Positions 9,211 through 19,925 of a DNA stretch of 64,000 nt are shown here, piece by piece. The number at the start of each line of letters is the position of its first letter. Position 1 is the stretch's first letter. Position numbers and translations under genes: made by a program. Origin of the DNA: Myxococcales bacterium. Lineage in GTDB: Bacteria; Myxococcota_A; UBA9042; JABWCM01; BTVJ01. Location of the stretch: contig BTVJ01000005.1 in the NCBI GenBank assembly GCA_045863395.1, positions 141,220-205,219 on the forward strand, in the 5' to 3' direction. Below the pieces are notes generated by a model. It ran no database searches, was not told where the DNA came from, and saw only the letters and a program-made list of their open reading frames with translations.

Positions 9211-11505
9211 CTAGGGCAGCTCCTCTTCGCCCATGGGCCTCGGGACGTCCCGCCGTGCAGGGGCGGCGTCGGGGGCAGCGCTGGGAGCGTCGGCGCCCGC
9301 TCCGGCCCTGCGGGCGTCGTGGGAGCCCGCGCGGGGCACCACCTTCCCGAGGCCGCGACGGAAATACTGATCGATGACGTGCTGGGCGACCGGGGCGGCC
9401 ATCTGACCGCCCGACCCGCCGTGCTCCACGAACACGACGACCACGATCTGGGGATCCTCGATGGGCGCATAGGCCGCGAACCACGCGTGGTCCTGCTTCA
9501 GCCACTCGGCGACCTCCTCCGATGCGCCCTTGCGGCTCTGCGGCGCCTCGGCCGTGCCGGTCTTCCCAGCAAAGATCACGTTCTCCAGGCGGGCGCTCCG
9601 CGCCGTCCCGCGGTCAGGATCGTTGACCACGCGCTCCAGACCTCGGCGCACGGCGGTGAGGTGCTGTTCGCTGAAGGGGAGTGTGCGCTCCACCTCCGGC
9701 TGGAAGGTCCGCGTCACGTTGCCACCCGCGTCCTCCAGGCGCTTGACGATCCGCGCGCGCATCACCTTGCCGCCGTTGGCGATCGCCGCGTAGACGCGCG
9801 CCATCTGGAGCGGCGTGGTCAGGAGCGACCCTTGCCCCACCGACACGGACAACGTGAAGCCGGGCTGCCAGCCGAGGGGCTGCTGCCGGTGCCACTCCTT
9901 GGTCGGCACGCGCCCGACGCGCTCGTTCAGCTCGATCCCCGTGGGCTCGCCCAGCCGGAACACCTCGTGGGAGTAACGCGACAGCACGTCCATGCCCATG
10001 AGCTCGCCCACCTGGTAGTAGTAGACGTCGCACGAGAGCATCAGCGCCTCCTCCAGGGCGATGTCGCCACCGTGCCCGCCTCGCGCGTGGCACCGGAACC
10101 GTCGGCCGCCAAACGTGTAGAAGCCGGGGCAGGTGGTGTGCCACGACGGCGCCACGACCCCGGTGTCCAACGCCGCCAGGGAGGTGACGACCTTGAAGAT
10201 GGAGCCCGGCGCGTAGGCTGTGAGCGCCTTGTCGTAGAGCGGCCCGTAGGGGTTCTCGTCCACCTCGCGCTTCGCCTCACGGGTCAGCCGCCCCGACCAG
10301 ATGTTGGGGTCGAAGGAGGGCTTGGAGTACAGGGCGAGCACCTCGCCAGTCGCGGCCTCCATGACGACCACTGCACCGCTCCGGTGGTACCGCATGGCGT
10401 CCTTGATGATGCCCTGGAGCTCCACGTCGAGCGTCAGTACGACCGTCTGCCCGGGCACCGCCTTGGTGCCGCCGAGCCCGCGGAAGAGCTTCTTCAGCAG
10501 CTCCGGATCCTGGGAGGCACCCCGCGAGTCGCGGACGGAGACCTCCTCGCCGCTCTGCCCGCGCAGGGCCTCCTCCATGGCGCGCTCGATGCCGGTGCGC
10601 CCGATCCAGTCGCCCGGCCGGTAGGCGCCGGGCCACTTCTCCATGTCCTCCCGGTTGACCTCGTTCATGTAGCCGAGGACGTGGCTGAGCCTGTAGCGGT
10701 ATGGGTACTCGCGGCGCATCTCCGTCACGAGGCGCACGCCCGGCAGCCGGTGCAGGTTGGCGGTGATGATCGCCTGCTCGCTGTTGAAGCGGCGCTTGCA
10801 CATCGGGCACTGCAGGTTCGTGGTCGGGCGCTCCAGCGTCGCCCCGTCGACCGGGCACCGCGCCGCGTGCTCCCCGGGCGGCAACCACGACGAGCCGCAG
10901 GCGGAGCAGTGGAGCGCGTGGCCGGCGCCACCCGGCTTGAGCGGGCGCTTGTCGTTCGGGCACTTCTGGGCACCCGCCGGGAGCTCGTGCCACACCCCAC
11001 CGCACTCGGGGCACCACAGGTGGGGGACCTCGTCGACGAGCTTGAGCTCGGCCGAGTCGAACGGGCAGGAGCCGGCCACCAGGTCCCGCGCCACGGAGAT
11101 GGGGTTGAAGCGCTTCTCCTTGACCGACCCCTCCTCGATGCGCTGCTGGAGCGACGCATACTCTGTGTTGGTCAGCCCGAGGAGCTCCCGGAGCAGGGGC
11201 AGGGTCTTCTCAGGCTCCTTGAGATAGTGGGGGGTGATGGTCAGGTGGTGGGCGTCGATGTTGCGGGCCACGACCCGACCCTGGCGATCCTTGATGACGC
11301 CGCGGCGCGCAGGGACCCGTTCGTCCGAGATGTAGTTGATCTGGGCGAGGCGCTCATACTCGCCCCCCTTGACGACCTGGAGCTGGAAGAAGCGCCCGAC
11401 GAGCACCAGCGCCAGGATCCCAGAGAACGCGACGGCCCACAGGTACTGCACGCCGTACTCGGTGCGCCCCGATCCGTCGATGTCCAGGTCCAGCCGATCC
11501 AGCAT
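9211..11505 (-). CDS. mrdA: Penicillin-binding protein 2 with a Cys-rich insertion
   Basis: N-terminal TM, ARRGVIKDR, GRTGIE, and catalytic motifs PGSIFK (SxxK), SCD and GKTGTAE; lies between mreD and rodA. Confidence 0.95.
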   Translation of the reverse strand: MLDRLDLDIDGSGRTEYGVQYLWAVAFSGILALVLVGRFFQLQVVKGGEYERLAQINYISDERVPARRGVIKDRQGRVVARNIDAHHLTITPHYLKEPEKTLPLLRELLGLTNTEYASLQQRIEEGSVKEKRFNPISVARDLVAGSCPFDSAELKLVDEVPHLWCPECGGVWHELPAGAQKCPNDKRPLKPGGAGHALHCSACGSSWLPPGEHAARCPVDGATLERPTTNLQCPMCKRRFNSEQAIITANLHRLPGVRLVTEMRREYPYRYRLSHVLGYMNEVNREDMEKWPGAYRPGDWIGRTGIERAMEEALRGQSGEEVSVRDSRGASQDPELLKKLFRGLGGTKAVPGQTVVLTLDVELQGIIKDAMRYHRSGAVVVMEAATGEVLALYSKPSFDPNIWSGRLTREAKREVDENPYGPLYDKALTAYAPGSIFKVVTSLAALDTGVVAPSWHTTCPGFYTFGGRRFRCHARGGHGGDIALEEALMLSCDVYYYQVGELMGMDVLSRYSHEVFRLGEPTGIELNERVGRVPTKEWHRQQPLGWQPGFTLSVSVGQGSLLTTPLQMARVYAAIANGGKVMRARIVKRLEDAGGNVTRTFQPEVERTLPFSEQHLTAVRRGLERVVNDPDRGTARSARLENVIFAGKTGTAEAPQSRKGASEEVAEWLKQDHAWFAAYAPIEDPQIVVVVFVEHGGSGGQMAAPVAQHVIDQYFRRGLGKVVPRAGSHDARRAGAGADAPSAAPDAAPARRDVPRPMGEEELP

Positions 11506-11532
11506 GGTGCGTCCCGTCGCGCCCCCCTCGGG

Positions 11533-12048
11533 TCAGGGGAAGAAGACGTTGTCCTTCCGGCGGCGCGAGAACACGGTGTCAGCGAAGCCGCAGAGCCAGA
11601 AGACCATCGGCGCGAAGGGCGCCGAGATCAGGGCCTGGGGCACGATCATCGACAGAATCGACCCATAGGTGTCAAACCCCCGGTCGAAGATCATGGTGAG
11701 CAACAGGAACAGCACCCCCGCCACGAGCACGCCCAGAAAGGCCAGGATCATCTGTGACACGACGCCACGGAGCGTCACCTTGTGAGCGAGGAACCGGAAC
11801 AGGTAGTACACGAGCACGGAGATCTCCGTGAACATCCCGACCGGCGAGCCAAGCGCGAAGCCGTCCTTCATGAGGCCGATGGCGAAGGCCACGAGGGCCC
11901 CGGTCAGTCCACCGATGTTCACCGCGAGCCAGATCACGACCAGGATCGCCAGATCCGGGGCATAGAGGCTCAGGTTGAGCTGGTGGAGCAGGGGCGACTC
12001 CAGCCCGAGGAGCAGGTAGGTCAACACCAGGATCAGCAGCACCCTCAT
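11533..12048 (-). CDS. mreD: Rod shape-determining protein MreD
   Basis: 171-aa polytopic membrane protein (PDLAILVVIW, GLMKD) between mreC and mrdA; ATG 12048 overlaps the mreC stop. Confidence 0.85.
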   Translation of the reverse strand: MRVLLILVLTYLLLGLESPLLHQLNLSLYAPDLAILVVIWLAVNIGGLTGALVAFAIGLMKDGFALGSPVGMFTEISVLVYYLFRFLAHKVTLRGVVSQMILAFLGVLVAGVLFLLLTMIFDRGFDTYGSILSMIVPQALISAPFAPMVFWLCGFADTVFSRRRKDNVFFP

Positions 12049-12917
12049 CGCTTCTCCTGAGGTCGGTCGGCGGTGGGGTCGGGGCTGCGGTCGACGACGA
12101 TCAGCACCTCCTCCAGGGTCGAGAAGTTGACCGCGGGCGTGACGTCGTAGACGTAGTAGAGCCCATCCTGGTGTTCCGAGTCCGACGCGATGTAGCCCAC
12201 CTCGAGACCAGGGGGGAACACCTTGTCGTGGCCGCTGGTGACCACCGTGTCGTCCTTCTCCACGGGCTGGCTCTTGTGGAGGAAGCTGAACTTGCCGCCG
12301 TACTCGTTGCGGTCCCCCCGGCCGGTGAGGACGCCGGTGACCCCTTTGCCGGCGATGGTCACGTTGATCTGGCTCCGGGCGTCCACGGCGAGCATCACGT
12401 CGCTCCAACCGGCACCCGTGTTGGAGATGCGGCCTACGACCCCCTCGTGCGTGATCACGGGCATCCCCTCGGTCACGTGGTCGGAGGCGCCCGTGTCGAG
12501 GGCCACCTTGAGCACCCGGTAGTTGGGCGAGATGTCCCGTCCGATGACCCGCGCCGCGATGGTGCGCACGTCCGTGCGGGCCTTCTTGAACTCCAGGAGC
12601 TTCTTGAGGCGCTCGTTCTCGAGGAGCAGGGTCTTCGCTCGCAGCGCCTCGCCGAGCAGCACCTCGTGCTCGCGCAGGAGGCGCTGGTTCTCCTCGGCGA
12701 GCCCCACCAGCCAGACGTAGTCGGACCACACGCCCTCGACGGCGCGGAGCACCTCGTGCGCGACGGCCTGGACGGGCGAGGTCAGCACGAGCAGCCCGGT
12801 CTCGATGGGCGAGTTGCCGGGCCGCCGCTTCCCGTGAAAGTAGAGGGAGAACAGCGGCAGCGTCAGCACCAGGAAGGTGAGCGCGATGGCGCGGTAGCGG
12901 CGGAGGGTGTCTCTCAT
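12045..12917 (-). CDS. mreC: Rod shape-determining protein MreC
   Basis: TM, coiled coil (EENQRL, ENERLKKLL), ARVIGRD, GVVGRI and VVTSG..VFPPG motifs. Confidence 0.95.
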   Translation of the reverse strand: MRDTLRRYRAIALTFLVLTLPLFSLYFHGKRRPGNSPIETGLLVLTSPVQAVAHEVLRAVEGVWSDYVWLVGLAEENQRLLREHEVLLGEALRAKTLLLENERLKKLLEFKKARTDVRTIAARVIGRDISPNYRVLKVALDTGASDHVTEGMPVITHEGVVGRISNTGAGWSDVMLAVDARSQINVTIAGKGVTGVLTGRGDRNEYGGKFSFLHKSQPVEKDDTVVTSGHDKVFPPGLEVGYIASDSEHQDGLYYVYDVTPAVNFSTLEEVLIVVDRSPDPTADRPQEKR

Positions 12918-12949
12918 CGTCCGGGGGGGTCACCCTGGGTGCGGGCGCG

Positions 12950-14050
<1,101 letters not shown>

Positions 14051-14097
14051 TCACCACGGCCGCGGAGGAGCCTCCGGCGCAGCATCGAGGCGTGCAG

Positions 14098-14126
14098 CTT
14101 ATAGCACTCCCCCCGGGGCCGTTCAA
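14098..14126 (-). promoter_or_regulatory. Putative sigma70 promoter for mreBCD-mrdA-rodA
   Basis: Minus strand TTGAAC-N17-TATAAG with an extended -10 TG. Confidence 0.55.
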
Positions 14127-14242
14127 GAATGCTTGCCCTGGGGCGTCGGCCAGCGGATCGCGGCACCGGAGCGCAGGCTGCGCGCCGAGCTCGCCTCGCC
14201 CGAGCACCTCGTCCGTGGCCCTGCCAGGGCCCCGTGGCGGTC

Positions 14243-14271
14243 TTGACCTTTGGGGGCGGGTCGTCTAGTAT
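14243..14271 (+). promoter_or_regulatory. Putative sigma70 promoter for the ppiD-like gene
   Basis: TTGACC-N17-TAGTAT, divergent from the mreB promoter. Confidence 0.55.
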
Positions 14272-14348
14272 CTGCCCCTTCCGGAGCCGGGGACTGCCCG
14301 AAGCTCGAAAAACATCAACGATTTCAGACATTTAGGAGCGAACGGGCC

Positions 14349-16430
14349 ATGCTCGACCTCCTGCGCAAGCACTCCCGCTCCACGATCATCTACGTGCTGT
14401 TCGGCATCATCATCGCCGTGTTCGTGTTCACGTTCAACACGACCGGCAGCGGTGGGGGCGGCGGCTGCGGCGGAGGCGTGGACTCCACCACCTTGGCGCA
14501 CGTCGGCAAGGAGAGCATCGACAACGCGACCTTCGACATGGCGCTCCTGATGGCCCAGGACCCGCCCCGCCCCGGGCGTCGGGACGCGCGGTCCCTGCAG
14601 CAGGAGTTCCTCTACAAGGCGACCCGCTTCGTGGCGGTGCCGCCGGACGTCAGGTTCGCGGGGTACGTGCGTCCGGACCCGAGCCCCATCAAGGCCGAGA
14701 AGGTCATGCACGACGTGATCGAGACGTGGCTCGTCAGCCAGAAGGCCAAAGAGATGGGCCTCCGGGTCACCGACGAGGAGCTCGCGCGCCGCGTGGTCCA
14801 GGAGAGCTGGCGCAACCCGGACACCGGCAAGATCGACCCGGCCACCTACGACAACTTCGTCCGCTACGGGCTGCGCACGACCAAGGCGCGCTTCGAGGAC
14901 TTCATGCGGCGGGAGATCCTGCGCGAGAAGATGATCGCCGCGCTGACCGCCCACGTGAAGGAGTCACCCGCGACGATCGACTGGTACGTGTCCCAGATGA
15001 GCGACAAGGTGAACCTGGAGTACGTGGAGCTGGACGCGGGCACGCTTGCACCCCTGGTGACGGTGGCCGACGCCGAGGTCACCCAGTGGCTCGCGACCAA
15101 TGAGGCCAAGGCCAAGGAGTGGTACGACCAGCACCGCAGCGAGTTCGACAAGCCGGAGCGCGTGAGCCTCCACGGCATCTTCAAGAAGGCGCCGCTGCGT
15201 GTGCTGATCGACCGCCAGGAGGACGCCGCCAAGAAGGCCGAGATGGAGACCCAGCGGGGCACCGCGCAGGCGGCCGCCGAGATGCTGCTCGCGCAGCTCC
15301 GGCTGGGCGAGCAGGGCATGGCGCCCGGACCAGCGCAGGTCCCAGCCCCCCAGGGTGAGCCGGAGGCGGCTCCCGAGGCGGCCGCGGAGGAGGCTCCGGC
15401 CGCGGAGGAGGCTCCGGCCGCGGAGGAGGCTCCGGCCGCGGAGCCCGCAGCGGAGGTGGGAGACGCCCCCCCTGCCGGCGAGGCCGCCGAGCAGCCCGTC
15501 GAGGCGCCGGTCCCCAGCCGCGCGGAGGCCGAGGCGGCGCCCACCGAGGCGCCCGCAGCGGTCACCTTCGAGGCCCTCGCCGAGAAGGAGTCCGATCACG
15601 TCGAGAGCAAGTCGAAGGGCGGAGCCCTGGAGGTCGAGAGGTCCCGCACGGAGCTGGCCAACTGGCCCTTTGGCCCGGCGGTGGCCGAGGCAGCCTTCAC
15701 GCTGGACAAAGGCAAGACGAGCGACGTGCTGGAGGTCGACGGAGGCTTCTGGATCATCCGGGTGAACGCGAAGCTCCCGGCAGAGAGCAAGACCTTTGAG
15801 CAGGCGAAGGCCGACATCGCCCGCCGCCTCCTACAGGAGGAGCGCGCCGCCAAGAAGATCGAGGAGGTCGGCAAGGAGCTGCTCACGCTGGCGAAGGCCA
15901 GCACCGACAAGCCGCTTGCGGAGATCGTCGCTGCATGGAACACCGCCAACCCCGGGCCCGAGAAGGACGGCGAGCCCCAGAAGCTCCTGTCCGCGGCAGA
16001 GACGGGTCCCTTTGCGCGCATGGAGCCAGGCTCCATCCCGCGGGCCTTCGACACGTTCGGCAACATCGTGGGCATCGGCAAGAGCCCGGAGCTGGTCAAG
16101 GACGCGTTCACGCTGACCGAAGCCGCCCCCGTCCCGGACCGCCTCTTCAGCATCGAGGGGTCGGACCGCAAGCTCGTCGTGCGCTTCAAGGAGCGCGTCG
16201 AGCCGACCGCGGAGGAGCTTGCGACCCAGAAGCAGCAGGTGGCCGAGCAGCTCACGCAGTTCAGGAAGATCCAGACCTGGCAGGCGTGGTACCGGGCGAC
16301 CCTCGAGGAGGCCATGAAGTCGGAGACCGTGGAGCTCGAGAGCGCCTGGCTGTCGTTGCTGGCGCAGGAGCGCAAGGCCTACGAGGACGCCATGGCCCGG
16401 TCCAACCCGCTGGCGGCGCAGGGGGGCTGA
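14349..16430 (+). CDS. SurA N-terminal domain / PpiD-like peptidyl-prolyl isomerase chaperone
   Basis: MLDLLRK...TM, AKEMGLRVTDEEL, a parvulin-like region (FEALAEKESD...SKGG, AAFTL, GFWIIRV) and ETGPFAR; ATG 14349 with AGGAG RBS. Confidence 0.85.
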   Translation: MLDLLRKHSRSTIIYVLFGIIIAVFVFTFNTTGSGGGGGCGGGVDSTTLAHVGKESIDNATFDMALLMAQDPPRPGRRDARSLQQEFLYKATRFVAVPPDVRFAGYVRPDPSPIKAEKVMHDVIETWLVSQKAKEMGLRVTDEELARRVVQESWRNPDTGKIDPATYDNFVRYGLRTTKARFEDFMRREILREKMIAALTAHVKESPATIDWYVSQMSDKVNLEYVELDAGTLAPLVTVADAEVTQWLATNEAKAKEWYDQHRSEFDKPERVSLHGIFKKAPLRVLIDRQEDAAKKAEMETQRGTAQAAAEMLLAQLRLGEQGMAPGPAQVPAPQGEPEAAPEAAAEEAPAAEEAPAAEEAPAAEPAAEVGDAPPAGEAAEQPVEAPVPSRAEAEAAPTEAPAAVTFEALAEKESDHVESKSKGGALEVERSRTELANWPFGPAVAEAAFTLDKGKTSDVLEVDGGFWIIRVNAKLPAESKTFEQAKADIARRLLQEERAAKKIEEVGKELLTLAKASTDKPLAEIVAAWNTANPGPEKDGEPQKLLSAAETGPFARMEPGSIPRAFDTFGNIVGIGKSPELVKDAFTLTEAAPVPDRLFSIEGSDRKLVVRFKERVEPTAEELATQKQQVAEQLTQFRKIQTWQAWYRATLEEAMKSETVELESAWLSLLAQERKAYEDAMARSNPLAAQGG
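15381..15443 (+). repeat. 18-bp coding tandem repeat (GCCGCGGAGGAGGCTCCG x3.5, encoding AAEEAP)
   Basis: Exact repeat read directly from the sequence. Confidence 0.9.
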
Positions 16431-16635
16431 CCCACCGGCCAGCTCACGTCAACCCCGCCCACTCCCCAATCGGCGTCTCCAAAGCTCCCGTCGCAGCGCA
16501 TCGAAAACAGCTCGCTCCCCAGACTCGCCGGCACCCCGCGCCAGGTGTACGCGGCATCCAGACCTCTGACGCTCGTGCTCCCCCGGAGGCCGCCCCCCAA
16601 GCGTCCCCCGGCAGGTCTCGCCCCTCGTGCTGACG

Positions 16636-17781
16636 TCAGCGCAGCTTGGCGGACGGCGCGCGCGCGTCCTCCTCATCCATGCGGCGCTCCTCCTCGATGC
16701 GGCGCTCCTCGTCCCGAAGCAGGCCGCGCAGGTGCGCCAGGTGCTTCTGGGTCTTCTCGGCCCACTCCGTCCCCCGCGCCCCCGCTCGCTCGCTCATGGT
16801 GAGGTTGCGCTCGTAGATCTCCACGGCGCGCTGCACAAGCGGCAGGATGTTCTTCTTGAGCTCCGAGAAGTAGAGGGCCACCTCCTGCTCGCCCAGCTCG
16901 GCCGGGTACTCGGCCTCGACCATGTCCGTGTAGAAGTCCTCGTACATGGCGCCGAGCCGGAAGCCCGCTGCGATGGACCACTGGGAGTTGTGGAGCCGGA
17001 CCGTCCTCAGGTACGCCGCCTGCGCCTTCAGGAAGAGGTTGCTCTTGTCCTCCAGGTCGCGCTCCATGCGCTCCACCGGGAGGCGGAAGGCGATGCCGTC
17101 GAACAGGGCCCGGTAGATCTCACCGAGCTGGAACTGAGCCATCGACACCCAGTAGCTGCCCTCAAAGACGCGCAGGTGGAGGTTGTCGTTGTAGACCTTG
17201 AGGCACTCCTTGTAGGCGCGCTCCGCCTGGGTGAGATCCCCGAGCTTCTGGTAGGCCCAGCCCCGGCGGACCCAGGCCTCCGCGCGGTCCATGACGGAGA
17301 GCTTCAGCGCGAGGGCCGCCTCGAAGGTGTCCTCCATGGCAGCCCACTGCTCCAGCTTCTCCTGGCAGTTGCCGATGCGGAACAGCGCGTCCACCCGGTC
17401 GCTCTCCTTCGTGAAGCCAGCGAGCGCTCGCTGATGGAGCGTCAGCGCGGGCGCCCACTGCTGGAGCTCCTCCCGGCCCAGCCCCGCGTTGAACGCAGCG
17501 AGCGGTGCGGCGCGATCCTCGGGAAAGTGCTCCAGGAACACCTCGTACTTGGCCACGGACTCGGCAAACTTCTTGTCGGTGAAGAGGCGCGCAGCCTCCT
17601 TGAACAGGACGTCCGGGTCGAGCGTGTCGACCTCGACGCGCTCGTCGGCCTGGCGGGCGCGGAACTCGATGGCGTCGAGCTCCACGATGGACCGTGTGGT
17701 GCTGCCACAGGCCTGAAGGGCGAGCCCCGCCGCGAGGGCGAGCAGGAGCGACTTGTGGTGCGAGATGTGCGCTGTTCGCAT
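16636..17781 (-). CDS. TPR-domain lipoprotein
   Basis: Lipobox LALQAC, TPR helices (YEVFLEHFPED, ALFRIG, AQFQLGEIY). Confidence 0.8.
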   Translation of the reverse strand: MRTAHISHHKSLLLALAAGLALQACGSTTRSIVELDAIEFRARQADERVEVDTLDPDVLFKEAARLFTDKKFAESVAKYEVFLEHFPEDRAAPLAAFNAGLGREELQQWAPALTLHQRALAGFTKESDRVDALFRIGNCQEKLEQWAAMEDTFEAALALKLSVMDRAEAWVRRGWAYQKLGDLTQAERAYKECLKVYNDNLHLRVFEGSYWVSMAQFQLGEIYRALFDGIAFRLPVERMERDLEDKSNLFLKAQAAYLRTVRLHNSQWSIAAGFRLGAMYEDFYTDMVEAEYPAELGEQEVALYFSELKKNILPLVQRAVEIYERNLTMSERAGARGTEWAEKTQKHLAHLRGLLRDEERRIEEERRMDEEDARAPSAKLR

Positions 17782-18084
17782 GACGTGCTCCGATCAGGGG
17801 GTCGAGGTCCGAGCCTCGGGGGGGTATCGGCCACCTCAGGGTAATCCTGAAGCCTCGCGCGATCAATCGAGCGCCGCGCCGTCGGGCTCCGACACCCCGA
17901 CGGGGCATCGGTTCCCTCAATCCCCGACGCGCAGGAGGCCAGAACCCTGCCGGTCGCACGACGTCACCCCCGTAACCCCAGGTATCGAGGTGATGCGGGA
18001 ACCCGCGCCCGGCGAAGCATCGCCCCCTGCCGGGCTTGCCACTCCTGCGCCTCAAGCTGCTAGGATGTGCGCACGGAGGACACC

Positions 18085-19089
18085 ATGCCGACTGCACCCA
18101 TCGAGCTCTTGCCATCCGCGCCGCTGGCGTTGAGACCGACACCCATGCACCGCCTCGCGCGGTTGTCCACGGAGGTCGGCGTCGACCTCTGGGTCAAGCG
18201 TGACGACCTGACGGGGGCTGCCCTGTCCGGCAACAAGGTCCGAAAGCTGGAGCTCCTGCTCGGCGACGCCCTGGCCCACGGAGCCGACACCGTGATCACC
18301 TGCGGCGGAGCCCAGTCCAACCACGCCCGCGCCACCGCCATCGCCGCCGCGCAGCTCGGCATGAGGAGCGTCCTGATCCTCCGTGGCGCCGAGCCGGAGC
18401 GCCTGGAGGGGAACCTCCTGCTGGACCGTGTCGTCGGGGCGACGATTCGGTGGGTGACGCCGGAGCAGTACCGGGAGCGGGGCGGCGTCTTTGCAGAGGT
18501 GGAGGCGCAGGTGCGGGAGCGAGGTGGGAGACCCTACTCCATCCCCGAGGGCGGGTCGAACGCGCTCGGGGCCGTCGGCTACGTGCGGGCATGGGACGAG
18601 ATCCAGGCCCAGGCGGCCGCGGCTGGCGTCACCTTCGATGCGGTGCTGTGCGCAGTGGGCTCTGGTGGCACCCTGGCGGGGCTGGTCGCGGGAGCGAGGC
18701 GCGCCGGCTTTGGCGGCCGGGTCATCGGCGTGAACGTCTGCGACGACGCGGCGACCTTCGAGCGCATCACGTCGGCGCTCCTCGCCGAGATGGGCGACCG
18801 CTGGGGGGTGCCGCCGACCGGGGCCCACCCCGAGCTCCTCGACGGCTTCGTGGGCCGCGGCTACGCCCTGTCGTCACGCCAGGAGCTCGACGCACTAGGC
18901 CACGTCGCCGCCTTGGAGGGCCTCCTCCTGGATCCGGTCTACACGGGGAAGGCCATGTACGCGATGCTGAGCCAGCTCCGGGCGAACCGGGCCACCTTTG
19001 GCGAGCGCGTCCTGTTCATCCACACGGGGGGCATCTTCGGCCTGTTTCCGAAGGCAGGGGACGCAAGAACCGTCCTCGACGAGGACTGA
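18085..19089 (+). CDS. dcyD: D-cysteine desulfhydrase / ACC deaminase family PLP enzyme
   Basis: KRDDLTG..LSGNKVRKL, GGAQSNH, IPEGGS, GSGGT, LLDPVYTGK and HTGG motifs; ATG 18085 with GGAGG RBS. Confidence 0.9.
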   Translation: MPTAPIELLPSAPLALRPTPMHRLARLSTEVGVDLWVKRDDLTGAALSGNKVRKLELLLGDALAHGADTVITCGGAQSNHARATAIAAAQLGMRSVLILRGAEPERLEGNLLLDRVVGATIRWVTPEQYRERGGVFAEVEAQVRERGGRPYSIPEGGSNALGAVGYVRAWDEIQAQAAAAGVTFDAVLCAVGSGGTLAGLVAGARRAGFGGRVIGVNVCDDAATFERITSALLAEMGDRWGVPPTGAHPELLDGFVGRGYALSSRQELDALGHVAALEGLLLDPVYTGKAMYAMLSQLRANRATFGERVLFIHTGGIFGLFPKAGDARTVLDED

Positions 19090-19093
19090 CGCG

Positions 19094-19834
19094 ATGACGG
19101 ACCTGGGGGTCGGGCTCCTCTTGTGCATGGGGCCTTCGCTCTTCTTCCTGGCCTGGTTCTACTTCCGGAGCCAGTACGGGCGCGCCAGCGCTGCGCCGCT
19201 GGTCATGGTGTTCCTGGGGGGACTCATCGCCGGCCCCGTGAGCCTGCTGACCTTCCACCTCCTGACCTTGATCCCGTTCTATCGGGACCTGACGGGCATC
19301 TACCAGGCCCCGCCCGATGTGCAGTTCGCCTGGTGCCTGTTCGCCATCGGCCCCGTCGAGGAGCTGACCAAGTTCGTGGTCGTGTGGGCCCTCGTGTTCC
19401 GCCGCTCATGGTTCGCCGTCCCTCTCGACGGCCTCGTCTACAGCGCCGCGGCCGGCCTCGGGTTCGCGTCCGTCGAGAACTGGTACTACCTCATGGAGAA
19501 CGACACCATCCTGTGGGCGCGCGCAGTCACCCTCCCCTTCAACCATGTGCTGTTCTCGTCCTTCTGGGGGGTGGGGCTCAGCTTCGGCAAGTTCGGGTCC
19601 CCGGCGCGACGGACCCAGATGGTGATCATCGGGCTGCTCCTCGCGTCGGTCTTCCATGGCGTCTACGACTACATCCTCGTAGCCGAGAACGTACCGGATC
19701 TCATGATCTTGCCCCTGGTCCTGGTCCTGTGGATCTGGGTCTCCGCGGTGCACGGGCGCATGAAGGGCCGGACGAACCTGGACGCAATGAGCCTCCGCAA
19801 GCGCGCCGGCGACGAAGGGAGCGACCCGCATTGA
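19094..19834 (+). CDS. PrsW-family intramembrane protease
   Basis: GPVEELTK (EExxK), GLGFASVEN, H and HGVYD motifs in a polytopic protein. Confidence 0.85.
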   Translation: MTDLGVGLLLCMGPSLFFLAWFYFRSQYGRASAAPLVMVFLGGLIAGPVSLLTFHLLTLIPFYRDLTGIYQAPPDVQFAWCLFAIGPVEELTKFVVVWALVFRRSWFAVPLDGLVYSAAAGLGFASVENWYYLMENDTILWARAVTLPFNHVLFSSFWGVGLSFGKFGSPARRTQMVIIGLLLASVFHGVYDYILVAENVPDLMILPLVLVLWIWVSAVHGRMKGRTNLDAMSLRKRAGDEGSDPH

Positions 19835-19871
19835 CGCAATAAATCCGAACCGTTACGCAACAACGGCGCCC

Positions 19872-19901
19872 TTGACAGGCATCCGGCACTGGGACTACGC
19901 T
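19872..19901 (+). promoter_or_regulatory. Putative sigma70 promoter
   Basis: TTGACA-N18-TACGCT upstream of the PEGA gene. Confidence 0.4.
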
Positions 19902-19925
19902 CGTCGCTTCAACGGAGGGACCACC

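Noticed and set aside
16431..16635. Intergenic gaps (also 17782-18084 and 27046-27328) as sRNA or small ORFs
   Set aside because: No convincing RBS-ORF, terminator or known RNA motif is visible.
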